A stretch of 64,000 nt of DNA, from the NCBI GenBank assembly GCA_009392005.1, contig VFHL01000006.1:10671-74670 (forward strand). The letters are read 5' to 3'. Source of the stretch: SAR202 cluster bacterium (GTDB taxonomy: Bacteria; Chloroflexota; Dehalococcoidia; UBA6926; VFHL01). The position numbers and the translations under genes were made by a program. The notes below the pieces were generated by a model. That model made no database searches, had not been told where the DNA came from, and was given only the letters and a program-made list of their open reading frames with translations. Shown here one piece after another: positions 52,574-61,185 of this stretch. The first letter of the stretch is position 1; each line of letters begins with the position of its first letter.

Positions 52574-53074
52574 ATGGAAGAGAAGGAACAAATCCAAGAA
52601 ATTCTGAAAATATTAGAAAAGGACCCGCGAATCAGCCCGGAAGAAATAGGACGATTAACTGACCTATCCGAGACGGAAGTTGAAAAGCATCTGTCGGAGG
52701 CCGAACAAAGCGGAACGATTTTAGGATACCGAACATACGTTGATTGGAAAAATGTTGGTCGCGAAGAAGTGCATGCCTTAGTCGAAGTGAAAATAACACC
52801 TCAGCGCGGCACCGGTTTTCAAACGATGGCAGAGCGCATTGCGCGGTTCCCTGAAGTCCACTCACTGTATTTGATTTCAGGCGACTATGACTTATCTATC
52901 CATCTTGTCGCCGCAAACATCTATGATGTATCTTCTTTCATTTCCGAGAAAATCGCTCCTCTTGAAGGGGTGCAAGGCACATCCACTCATTTTGTGATGC
53001 GCCGGTTCAAAGAAAATGGAGTGCTGATGATCGAAGGCGAAGATTCTCCAGAAAGACTGCCAATCGCGCCGTAA
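52574..53074 (+). CDS. Lrp/AsnC family regulator (B. subtilis YugG/AlaR-like)
   Basis: N-terminal HTH; VKITPQRGTGF..IARFPEV.SLYLISGDYDL..THFVM. Confidence 0.88.
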   Translation: MEEKEQIQEILKILEKDPRISPEEIGRLTDLSETEVEKHLSEAEQSGTILGYRTYVDWKNVGREEVHALVEVKITPQRGTGFQTMAERIARFPEVHSLYLISGDYDLSIHLVAANIYDVSSFISEKIAPLEGVQGTSTHFVMRRFKENGVLMIEGEDSPERLPIAP

Positions 53075-53087
53075 GCCGAGGTTAATC

Positions 53088-54275
53088 GTGACTATCCCAT
53101 CAAAGAAAAATATACTTTCCCGCAAAGTCCAAGAAATCCCTCTTTCTGGTATCAGAAAGTTTTTTGACCTGATTGCAGCAAAAGACGACGTCATCTCGCT
53201 CGGTGTGGGAGAACCGGACTTTGTAACGCCATGGCACATTCGAGAAGCTGCAACATACTCAATCGAGCGCGGACAAACACATTACACATCGAATTTCGGG
53301 CTCCTAGAACTACGGCGTGAAATTGCACTGCATTTGCATAACCGTTATGGCGTGAATTACGATCCGGAAAATGAAATATTGGTTACGGTTGGAGTCAGTG
53401 AGGCATTGGATCTTGCAATGCGGGCTCTTTTGAACCCGGGAGACCAGGTAATTGGGCAAGAGCCAAGTTACGTATCTTATTTCCCCAATGTTCACCTAGC
53501 TGGTGGCACTTTTGTACCTGTTCCTACATCAATGGAAAATGGATTCCATATCGATCCACAGGCCATCGTAGAGCGCACCACGGATGCAACCCGAGCTTTG
53601 ATCCTCGCATCTCCAAACAACCCTACCGGCAGTGTTCTACCGCGGTCTGATTTAATTTCGATTGCAGAAATTGCAAAAGATAATGATTTGGTCGTAATCT
53701 CCGATGAAATATATGACCGCTTGACTTACGATACGGAACACACATGTTTCGCGTCATTACCTGGGATGCAAGAACGAACTTTACTTATGGGTGGTTTTTC
53801 AAAATCATATGCGATGACTGGCTGGCGTATTGGTTATGTTGCTGGTCCAGCAGAGATCATCGAAGGAATGATGAAAATTCACCAATACACTGTGATGTCA
53901 GCCCCCACAGCCGGGCAATATGCTGCGATCGAAGCTTTAAAAAACGGTGAACCCGATATTATTGAAATGCACGACGAATACAAGAGAAGAAGACATCTTA
54001 TCGTTGATAAATTGAAATCGATTGGCCTTTCTTGCGCGGAACCTGAAGGGGCTTTTTATGCTTTCCCATCAGTGGAACAAACAGGTCTCACATCGATCGA
54101 ATTTGCAGGAAAACTACTCGAAGAAGAAAGCGTCGCAGTAGTACCTGGATCTGCATTTGGCGAATCAGGTGAAGGTCATGTTCGATGCTGCTACGCTGTT
54201 TCAATTCATGAAATCGAAGAAGCATTAGACAGAATGGGACGTTTTGTAAAAAACCACTCTAGTAACGGCAGGTAA
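53088..54275 (+). CDS. Class I/II PLP aminotransferase (YugH/AlaT-like)
   Basis: SGIRKFFD, LGVGEPDF, PNNPTG, SDEIY, FSKSYAMTGWRIG. Confidence 0.92.
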   Translation: MTIPSKKNILSRKVQEIPLSGIRKFFDLIAAKDDVISLGVGEPDFVTPWHIREAATYSIERGQTHYTSNFGLLELRREIALHLHNRYGVNYDPENEILVTVGVSEALDLAMRALLNPGDQVIGQEPSYVSYFPNVHLAGGTFVPVPTSMENGFHIDPQAIVERTTDATRALILASPNNPTGSVLPRSDLISIAEIAKDNDLVVISDEIYDRLTYDTEHTCFASLPGMQERTLLMGGFSKSYAMTGWRIGYVAGPAEIIEGMMKIHQYTVMSAPTAGQYAAIEALKNGEPDIIEMHDEYKRRRHLIVDKLKSIGLSCAEPEGAFYAFPSVEQTGLTSIEFAGKLLEEESVAVVPGSAFGESGEGHVRCCYAVSIHEIEEALDRMGRFVKNHSSNGR

Positions 54276-54279
54276 TTCG

Positions 54280-54939
54280 ATGACGAATCCTGACGGGCCT
54301 GATGATTTCGTTATGGAATTTCGAGGAGTCCAGCACCGCGAGCAAGCGGATGGCACTATCAGAATTTTAATGGAGACATCACGCGGTGACATTCAAGGTA
54401 TATTAAACCCGACCAAACAACCCACCAACAAATGCGTCCTTTTTGGTCACTTCACTGGTCCGGCTGATGGTGTTTACGAGACGTTAAGCCCGGAATTGAA
54501 TGAACAAGGCATAGCGGCTCTACGAATAAAATTCCGGAACCGCGAATTAGGTGAAGCAGTTGGGGATACTTTAGCTGGATTGTCATTCCTCAAGGCTATT
54601 GGAGTTGAGGAGACCGCGCTAGTTGGTGCCTCTTTTGGGGGCGCAGTAGCAATTCGCGCTGGCACGATTTCCCCATTGGTCAAAGGTGTTGCAACCCTCG
54701 CAAGCCAAACATTTGGAGCACAAGACGTTAGCGAACTCGCACCAAAACATTTGTTAATCCTCCACGGATTGGCTGACCAAGTACTTGGCCCACATAACGC
54801 ACGCAATATCTACGACTGGGCCAATGAACCGAAAGAAATGGTCCTATATCCAGAATCTGATCACAATCTGGCGTACTGCAAAGACGAAGTCCACGACAAA
54901 CTACTCGAGTGGCTAACAAATTTGTTGAACGGTCGTTAG
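54280..54939 (+). CDS. Small alpha/beta hydrolase
   Basis: GASFGG, LHGLADQV, SDH. Confidence 0.82.
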   Translation: MTNPDGPDDFVMEFRGVQHREQADGTIRILMETSRGDIQGILNPTKQPTNKCVLFGHFTGPADGVYETLSPELNEQGIAALRIKFRNRELGEAVGDTLAGLSFLKAIGVEETALVGASFGGAVAIRAGTISPLVKGVATLASQTFGAQDVSELAPKHLLILHGLADQVLGPHNARNIYDWANEPKEMVLYPESDHNLAYCKDEVHDKLLEWLTNLLNGR

Positions 54940-54994
54940 GGAACAAACCGCAAGAATATTTATCCCTCCAACAAAAACCGCCAACAACCCATGG

Positions 54995-55807
54995 TCATCC
55001 CAATCCAATATCCCGGCGTTCAAAAAAGACCACTGAAATGCTGAGAAAGAGTATGCCGGCGAAAACAAAAAATGCAGTATGCAACGGATCTAATCCAGCT
55101 TTTGTCATGTCTACTTGATCTTGATAATAAAATGGCGAAATTTTCGTAAATGGTTCCAGCCAGTCTACTAAGGGGCCCAATGCGTGCAATAAATATGATC
55201 CAACTGCGACCCCACTCGTGATACCAACACTAACCCCTCGTTTTCCAAACGTAGCACCCAAAGAAAAAGCCATCGCGCCAAAGACGAGACCTAAGAGACC
55301 AGTGCTAATCGTCGCTTCTACAATGCGCCAAAAATTAATTTCCATATTAACAATGACCACACCAACCCCGAAACTTGCCACATTTATAAGGGTTAGTATC
55401 ACAACTCCACCTACCATGGCTCCATATTTTTGAAGAATAATCTGCCGGCGTGTGACAGGATTCGAAAGCAAAAAATCCAATGTTCCCCGGCTTTCCTCGC
55501 CCGCAATGGCTGCACTACCGGTGGTGATCGCAAATGCCACGTAGAGCAATGGGACCATAAATGCCATCAACTCAACATTGATGAAACCTGCAGGCGATGC
55601 CATATCGAGAAGATCACCACCAGCAAATATTCTCATCAAGGGATCATCGCTAGCATCTTGTAATAACCCAGCGTAAGAATCAATATTTTCAATGAAAAAG
55701 GGATAAAAAAGCATGATGCTAATAATTAATCCCGCAAAACCAATGCTCCACCAACTGAGAGAGCGTCTTTGGTCCCACAAAGTTTTCCAAATAATGTTAT
55801 TTAACAT
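54995..55807 (-). CDS. ABC-2 type exporter permease
   Basis: About 6 TM segments; IAGEESRGTLDFLLSNPVTR, SPFYY. Confidence 0.88.
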   Translation of the reverse strand: MLNNIIWKTLWDQRRSLSWWSIGFAGLIISIMLFYPFFIENIDSYAGLLQDASDDPLMRIFAGGDLLDMASPAGFINVELMAFMVPLLYVAFAITTGSAAIAGEESRGTLDFLLSNPVTRRQIILQKYGAMVGGVVILTLINVASFGVGVVIVNMEINFWRIVEATISTGLLGLVFGAMAFSLGATFGKRGVSVGITSGVAVGSYLLHALGPLVDWLEPFTKISPFYYQDQVDMTKAGLDPLHTAFFVFAGILFLSISVVFFERRDIGLG

Positions 55808-55830
55808 ATACACCAAGTCTCATTGACAAA

Positions 55831-56748
55831 TCATTTCGCAAGATCATGTGATTCGGTTTGGTAGAAATCAAGAAAAACATCCTCTAAACCATCATCCTCA
55901 CTCTGGATTGACAAGACCTCAAATTGAGACGCACATTTCACTAAGGCATCGGCTGAACCAACGATCGTGCAACGCAGCATTAAACCTTCAGCCTGCACAT
56001 CTCTAATACCAGAAATGTTTGAAAATGCACTAATTGGCACGGGCTCTCCAAATTCTAACGTAATCCGATGATGGGCTCGTTCCCTTAAAGTTCTGATCTC
56101 CTCAAGAGTAATAAGCGTACCTTCCCTTAAAATCGCAACACGGTCGCACAGCCTTTCAACTTCAGGAACAATGTGCGATGAAATAAAGACAGTGCATCCG
56201 CGTTCTCGAGTCTCCTCTACCAGTGAATAAAACTCTTGCTGCATAAGCGGATCTAGTCCACTAGTCGGCTCATCCATCACAATCAATTCAGGTTCATTCA
56301 TAAAGGCTTGAATCAAACCTATCTTTTGCTTATTTCCTCGTGAAAGTTTGCCAATCAAACGCTCGAGATCTGCATCAAATCTTTCCGCCAATCCATGGAC
56401 ATAATCCCAATTAGAAGCGCCACGCAAATTGAAAAGATAGGTCAAGAACTCACGGCCTGTCATCTTTTCATAAATGGGAAGGTCACCCGGTAGATAACCG
56501 AGACGCAACTTAATTTCAGTACTATGGGCTCGGGAATCAAGACCGAATATCGCAGCAGAACCGCTGCTTGGACGAATAAAATCTAGGGCAGTACGAATCG
56601 TCGTTGTTTTCCCAGAACCATTCGGACCTAGATATCCAAATATCTCTCCTTCGGACACTTCCAAGTTCACATTTTCAACTGCGATAACATCACCATACAT
56701 CTTGGTGAGATTGGTAAATTCAACAACTGGAATATTGACCGAATCCAC
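55831..56748 (-). CDS. ABC exporter ATP-binding protein
   Basis: GPNGSGKTT, LSRGNKQK, MDEPTSGLDP, SSH. Probable start GTG 56748 after GAGG. Confidence 0.93.
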   Translation of the reverse strand: MDSVNIPVVEFTNLTKMYGDVIAVENVNLEVSEGEIFGYLGPNGSGKTTTIRTALDFIRPSSGSAAIFGLDSRAHSTEIKLRLGYLPGDLPIYEKMTGREFLTYLFNLRGASNWDYVHGLAERFDADLERLIGKLSRGNKQKIGLIQAFMNEPELIVMDEPTSGLDPLMQQEFYSLVEETRERGCTVFISSHIVPEVERLCDRVAILREGTLITLEEIRTLRERAHHRITLEFGEPVPISAFSNISGIRDVQAEGLMLRCTIVGSADALVKCASQFEVLSIQSEDDGLEDVFLDFYQTESHDLAK

Positions 56749-56917
56749 AAATACCTCGTTCCTAAAAGACGAAACTTCTATTATCAAAACACAGATTGAG
56801 AACCATCCGCTAATGATCTCAAATTTTTTGCCGGAATGAAATACAATCCTGACAACATACTGAATCACCGCACTATAAGACAAATCGTAAGTAGCACTAC
56901 ATTTTTTTGTCAGTGCA

Positions 56918-56946
56918 TTGACACACACCTTTTCTGTCTATATATT
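56918..56946 (+). promoter_or_regulatory. Sigma70-type promoter of the pan operon
   Basis: TTGACA (56918-56923), 17 bp spacer, TATATT (56941-56946). Confidence 0.8.
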
Positions 56947-56949
56947 GGC

Positions 56950-57097
56950 ATCGCCAACGACCCTTGAGAGGGCGGTGAGCAGGCAATGCAACAAAGTAGT
57001 CAATGAACACGTCGCTCGGATTTTCATAACCGAGACGGCAGGGTTTCTATAAAGCCTGTTATACACCCTCCCAAGCGTTTTGGGAGGGTTTTTTGTT
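56950..57097 (+). ncRNA. pan-motif-like cis-regulatory leader with intrinsic terminator
   Basis: Bulged hairpin CGUC-GC-UCGG..CCGA-GACG-GCA (57010-57040) resembles the pan RNA motif, which is known upstream of pantothenate genes including in Chloroflexi. Strong terminator ACCCUCCCAA..UUGGGAGGGU plus U-tract (57065-57097) lies before the first gene. Confidence 0.65.
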
Positions 57098-57121
57098 GAG
57101 TTTTGAAATAAACGAGCAAAA

Positions 57122-58108
57122 ATGAACGGCACACTAACAGACATAAAAGGGTTACAGGTAGGTCATTACACCGATGAAACGGCAGCCACAGGGTGTACAG
57201 TGATCCTGTGTCCGCCAAACGGTGCAGTAGCCGGATACGACATCCGTGGATCAGCACCTGGCACGCGTGAAACAGATTTGCTCCGCCCAGGCAATCTGGT
57301 TCAACATGCAAATGCAATCGTCTTGAGCGGCGGCAGCGCTTTCGGTTTAGATACAGCCAGCGGAGTTGTCCACTATCTTGAAGAAAGAGACATTGGATTC
57401 AACGCACGTGTTGCTAAAGTTCCAATAGTTCCTGCAGCCATTCTTTTTGATCTCGGTATCGGACAATCTGGCATCCGCCCAACCGCCGAATCTGGCTATG
57501 AAGCATGCTTAAATGCAACCAGTGACCAAGTGCAACAAGGATCCGTTGGAGCCGGTACAGGCGCGACAGTCGCAAAAGTTTTGGGACCGAACCACGCAAT
57601 CAAGGGCGGCTTAGGATCTGCTAGCATTCAAATGGATAACGGATACATTGTCGCAGCTTTGTTTGCGGTCAACGCTGTTGGTGATGTAGTGAACCCTGAA
57701 ACAGGCGAGACGATAGCTGGACCACGTAACGTCGAATCCCAAGGTTTCCATAATAGTATTGAGATCCTTCAGAAACGTACAATTGATCTACAACCAACAT
57801 CATCCACAAATACGACGATCGGAGTCGTCGCTACAGATGCTCCGCTCAACAAAGAACAGGTGACTAAATTTGCCCAGATGGCAAACAGCGGGATGGCACG
57901 AGCCCTACGCCCTGCTCACACGATGGCAGACGGAGATCTTGTCTTTGCTCTATCAATTTCTGAAGAATCAAGGGGAGATGTTGACCTCACTGCATTAGGG
58001 GCTCTCGCAGGAAAGGTAACAGAAAAGGCAATTATGAATGCAGCTCACAAAGCGCATGGACTAAGTGGAGTCCCATCAGCTAAGGAATGGTTAGATGGTA
58101 ACTCCTAA
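57122..58108 (+). CDS. P1/S58 family (DOM-fold) self-processing amidohydrolase, NylC/ThnT-like
   Basis: TDIKGLQVGH, GSAPGTRETD, LSGGSAFGL, VPAAILFDL, GSVGAGTGA, KGGLGSAS, VNAVGDV, predicted autocleavage site N|TTIGVVATDA, PAHTMADGD. Confidence 0.9.
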   Translation: MNGTLTDIKGLQVGHYTDETAATGCTVILCPPNGAVAGYDIRGSAPGTRETDLLRPGNLVQHANAIVLSGGSAFGLDTASGVVHYLEERDIGFNARVAKVPIVPAAILFDLGIGQSGIRPTAESGYEACLNATSDQVQQGSVGAGTGATVAKVLGPNHAIKGGLGSASIQMDNGYIVAALFAVNAVGDVVNPETGETIAGPRNVESQGFHNSIEILQKRTIDLQPTSSTNTTIGVVATDAPLNKEQVTKFAQMANSGMARALRPAHTMADGDLVFALSISEESRGDVDLTALGALAGKVTEKAIMNAAHKAHGLSGVPSAKEWLDGNS

Positions 58109-58994
58109 AAAAAGATCGCGGATGCGAATAGGGTTCATTGGAGCAGGCACGGTTGCAACAGCTCTCGCAATACATTTACACTCAAAGGGCTACCCTATCA
58201 CCAGTGTGGCAAGTCGTTCATTTGCTTCAGCAAAAGCCCTCTCAGATGCAGTTCCAGGTTGTACAGCAACGATGGATCAAGAAGAAGTTCTGAAGGAAGC
58301 TTCCATTATCTTTCTTACCGTTCCAGATGATGCGATCCGTGACACGGCAAACAATTTGGAATGGGGCGCCCAGCATATGGTCGCCCATTGTAGTGGGTCT
58401 CTAGGATTAGATGTACTGGACGGACCTCGGCGTCTAGCAGCACAAATTGGAGTACTCCATCCATTCCAAACTTTCTCCAGCTCTGCCAACGCCGGCGAAA
58501 ATTTTTCAGGATCGACATTTGCGGTTGAAGCAGGAGAACCTTTTTTGGGAATTCTAAAGGGATTCATCACCGATTTTGGCGGTGTAGCCGTAGACCTAAG
58601 TGACAAGAATCATGCTCTTTACCACCTATCTGGCGTCATTGCATCAAACTACCTCGTGACACTCGTGAACATCGCCATTGAACTGTGGAAAACGAGTGGG
58701 CTGACTGAAGAAGAAGCACTTCCCGCAGTTTTACCTTTAATGCGTAATACCCTCGCAAATTTAGAAGCAAATGGCATTCCTCAAAGCCTTACAGGACCGA
58801 TATCACGTGGCGATATTGATACTGTGGAAAAACATCTCGCCAAATTACAAGAAACTCGGCCTGATTTATTACCTTTGTATGGGCAATTAGGATTAGACAC
58901 TGTACGAATATCCACCAAAAAAAATCAGGCCACTGAAGAGAGCCTCAATAAAATTCGAACGATTTTGAAAAAATCAATTGTGGAGGAACGTTGA
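58095..58994 (+). CDS. Rossmann-like + DUF2520 oxidoreductase, probable PanG-type ketopantoate reductase
   Basis: IGAGTVA, TVPDDAI, HCSGS, HPFQTF, YH..ASN, LTGPISRGD; sits in a pan operon that lacks panE. Confidence 0.82.
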   Translation: MVTPKKRSRMRIGFIGAGTVATALAIHLHSKGYPITSVASRSFASAKALSDAVPGCTATMDQEEVLKEASIIFLTVPDDAIRDTANNLEWGAQHMVAHCSGSLGLDVLDGPRRLAAQIGVLHPFQTFSSSANAGENFSGSTFAVEAGEPFLGILKGFITDFGGVAVDLSDKNHALYHLSGVIASNYLVTLVNIAIELWKTSGLTEEEALPAVLPLMRNTLANLEANGIPQSLTGPISRGDIDTVEKHLAKLQETRPDLLPLYGQLGLDTVRISTKKNQATEESLNKIRTILKKSIVEER

Positions 58995-59365
58995 TGAGGA
59001 CAATGCTCGCCGGGAAAATACATCGAGCAACAGTCACTGAAGCAAACGTTGACTACGAAGGCAGCGTAACGATTGATACTGATTTGATGGAGGCCGCAGA
59101 TATTTTACCCTTTGAATTGGTTCATGTGTTGGATATTGACACAGGAGCGAGGCTAGAAACTTATGCCATTGAAGGCGAGCGCGGATCACGCGTCATATGC
59201 ATGAATGGGGCCGCCGCAAGATTGGTAAAAAAGGGTGACAAGGTCATAATCCTACACTATCGATCCGTTGACGAAGAGATCGCGCTCAGTGGTTTCAAGC
59301 CACACATCGCTTTAGTCGACCAAAATAACGACCTGATTTCAGTCCCCAATCCCCTTGTAACATAA
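58994..59365 (+). CDS. panD: Aspartate 1-decarboxylase
   Basis: KIHRATVT..YEG|SVTID, RLETYAI, NGAAAR. Confidence 0.97.
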   Translation: MRTMLAGKIHRATVTEANVDYEGSVTIDTDLMEAADILPFELVHVLDIDTGARLETYAIEGERGSRVICMNGAAARLVKKGDKVIILHYRSVDEEIALSGFKPHIALVDQNNDLISVPNPLVT

Positions 59366-59397
59366 ATCAATGGAATTCTGGTACAAAGGATAAAAAA

Positions 59398-60246
59398 ATG
59401 CGCGTAACGATACAACAAATTCAAGATATGAAAAGGCATGGGGAAAAAATACCTATGCTCACCGCATACGATTATCCAACCGCACGCATTCTTGATGACG
59501 CTAAAATACCTCTGTTACTTGTGGGAGACAGCCTTGGTAATGTTGTACTCGGATACGAAACCACCGTTCCAGTCACACTAGAAGATATGATTCACCATAC
59601 AAAAGCTGTTGCACGAGGTGCAAAAACACCTCATGTCATTGGTGACATGCCGTTCCTTACTTATCAAACATCTATCCCAGACGCCCTAAGGAATGCAGGA
59701 CGTTTCATGCAAGAGGCTGGCGCTAACTCCGTCAAACTTGAAGGTGGCGCCATAATGGCGGAAACAGTAAATGCACTCGTTGAACGGGGAATCCCAGTGA
59801 TGGGGCACCTCGGTTTAACACCACAATCTGTGAACCAAATCGGTTTGAGAGCACAGGGGCGCACAATTGACGCCGCTCAAAAATTACTGGAAGATGCCGT
59901 AATTCTACAAGATGCAGGGGCGTACGCGGTGGTCCTTGAAGCCGTTCCTGCTACCCTTGCGAAAATGATTACTGAACGTTTATCAATACCAACGATAGGG
60001 ATCGGGGCCGGACCAGATTGCGACGGCCAAGTACAAGTAATAAGCGACATGCTTGGTCTGTTTACTGATTTCGTACCGAAACATGTGAAGCAATATGCTC
60101 ACCTAGCAGAATCAATGCGCGATGCGATCAACAACTATATGGTTGATGTGGCTGAAGGATCTTTCCCCACGCTCGAGCATAGCTTTACGTTTAGCAATGG
60201 CGTAGAAGAAGAATTAGTCCAAGAACTTAAAAAAAAGATCCGTTAA
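59398..60246 (+). CDS. panB: 3-methyl-2-oxobutanoate hydroxymethyltransferase
   Basis: LTAYD, LVGDSLG, DMPF, VKLEGG, GHLGLTPQ, IGIGAG, DGQVQV. Confidence 0.97.
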   Translation: MRVTIQQIQDMKRHGEKIPMLTAYDYPTARILDDAKIPLLLVGDSLGNVVLGYETTVPVTLEDMIHHTKAVARGAKTPHVIGDMPFLTYQTSIPDALRNAGRFMQEAGANSVKLEGGAIMAETVNALVERGIPVMGHLGLTPQSVNQIGLRAQGRTIDAAQKLLEDAVILQDAGAYAVVLEAVPATLAKMITERLSIPTIGIGAGPDCDGQVQVISDMLGLFTDFVPKHVKQYAHLAESMRDAINNYMVDVAEGSFPTLEHSFTFSNGVEEELVQELKKKIR

Positions 60247-60276
60247 TAACAGCCACTTGAGCTCTATTACCAAAAC

Positions 60277-61113
60277 ATGAAAATCATAGAATCGATACCT
60301 GAATTTCGATCACTGCGCCAAAACCTCAATGGCTCAGTAGGATTCGTACCAACAATGGGCTACTTGCACGCTGGTCATATTGCTCTGGTACAAGAAGCTC
60401 GCAACCAAAACTCAACAGTAATTGCTTCAATTTTCGTCAATCCAACCCAGTTTGGTCCAAACGAAGACTTGGAAAGTTACCCACGTGATTTGGAGGCAGA
60501 CACGGTTGCATTGAAAACGGCTGGCACAGATTACGTTTACTACCCAACTGTTGAAGACATTTACCCACCGACGTTTGACACGTACATCGAAGTCGGAAGT
60601 GTCACGGAACCGTTAGAGGGTAGAAAACGACCAACACATTTTCGTGGTGTAGCAACTGTTGTAACCAAGCTTTTCAATATTGTCCAACCTCATCGCGCAT
60701 ATTTTGGCCAAAAAGACGGACAACAAGTAATCGTTATCAAAAAGATGGTCAATGACCTCAATATACCAATAGAGATAATCACTGTGCCCACAGTACGAGA
60801 ATCTGACGGCCTCGCTATGAGTAGCCGGAATAGCTACTTGAGCGAACGTGAACGAAACGCAGCAACAATCATCTATCGAAGCCTAAATGAAGTACAGAGC
60901 TTGTTCAAAAATGGACAACGGGACGCCGAAAAATTACGCGAAACAATGCGAAATGTATTAACATCCGAGCCTCTTGCCAAGATTGAATATATCTCTGTCG
61001 CTGATACGGACACATTGAACGAACTGTCCGTAGTCGAAAACAATGCGATCGCATCTCTAGCGGTACAGATTGGAAAAACACACCTAATTGATAATGTGCT
61101 CCTGATACAATAA
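60277..61113 (+). CDS. panC: Pantoate--beta-alanine ligase
   Basis: VPTMGYLHAGH, SIFVNPTQF, RPTHFRGV, FGQKD, GLAMSSRN, LIDN. Confidence 0.97.
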   Translation: MKIIESIPEFRSLRQNLNGSVGFVPTMGYLHAGHIALVQEARNQNSTVIASIFVNPTQFGPNEDLESYPRDLEADTVALKTAGTDYVYYPTVEDIYPPTFDTYIEVGSVTEPLEGRKRPTHFRGVATVVTKLFNIVQPHRAYFGQKDGQQVIVIKKMVNDLNIPIEIITVPTVRESDGLAMSSRNSYLSERERNAATIIYRSLNEVQSLFKNGQRDAEKLRETMRNVLTSEPLAKIEYISVADTDTLNELSVVENNAIASLAVQIGKTHLIDNVLLIQ

Positions 61114-61185
61114 CGACGCAGAGTACAAAAAAGATCCACAACGTATCCAGAACGGATACTGCCATAAAATGATTGAGTCCATTCA

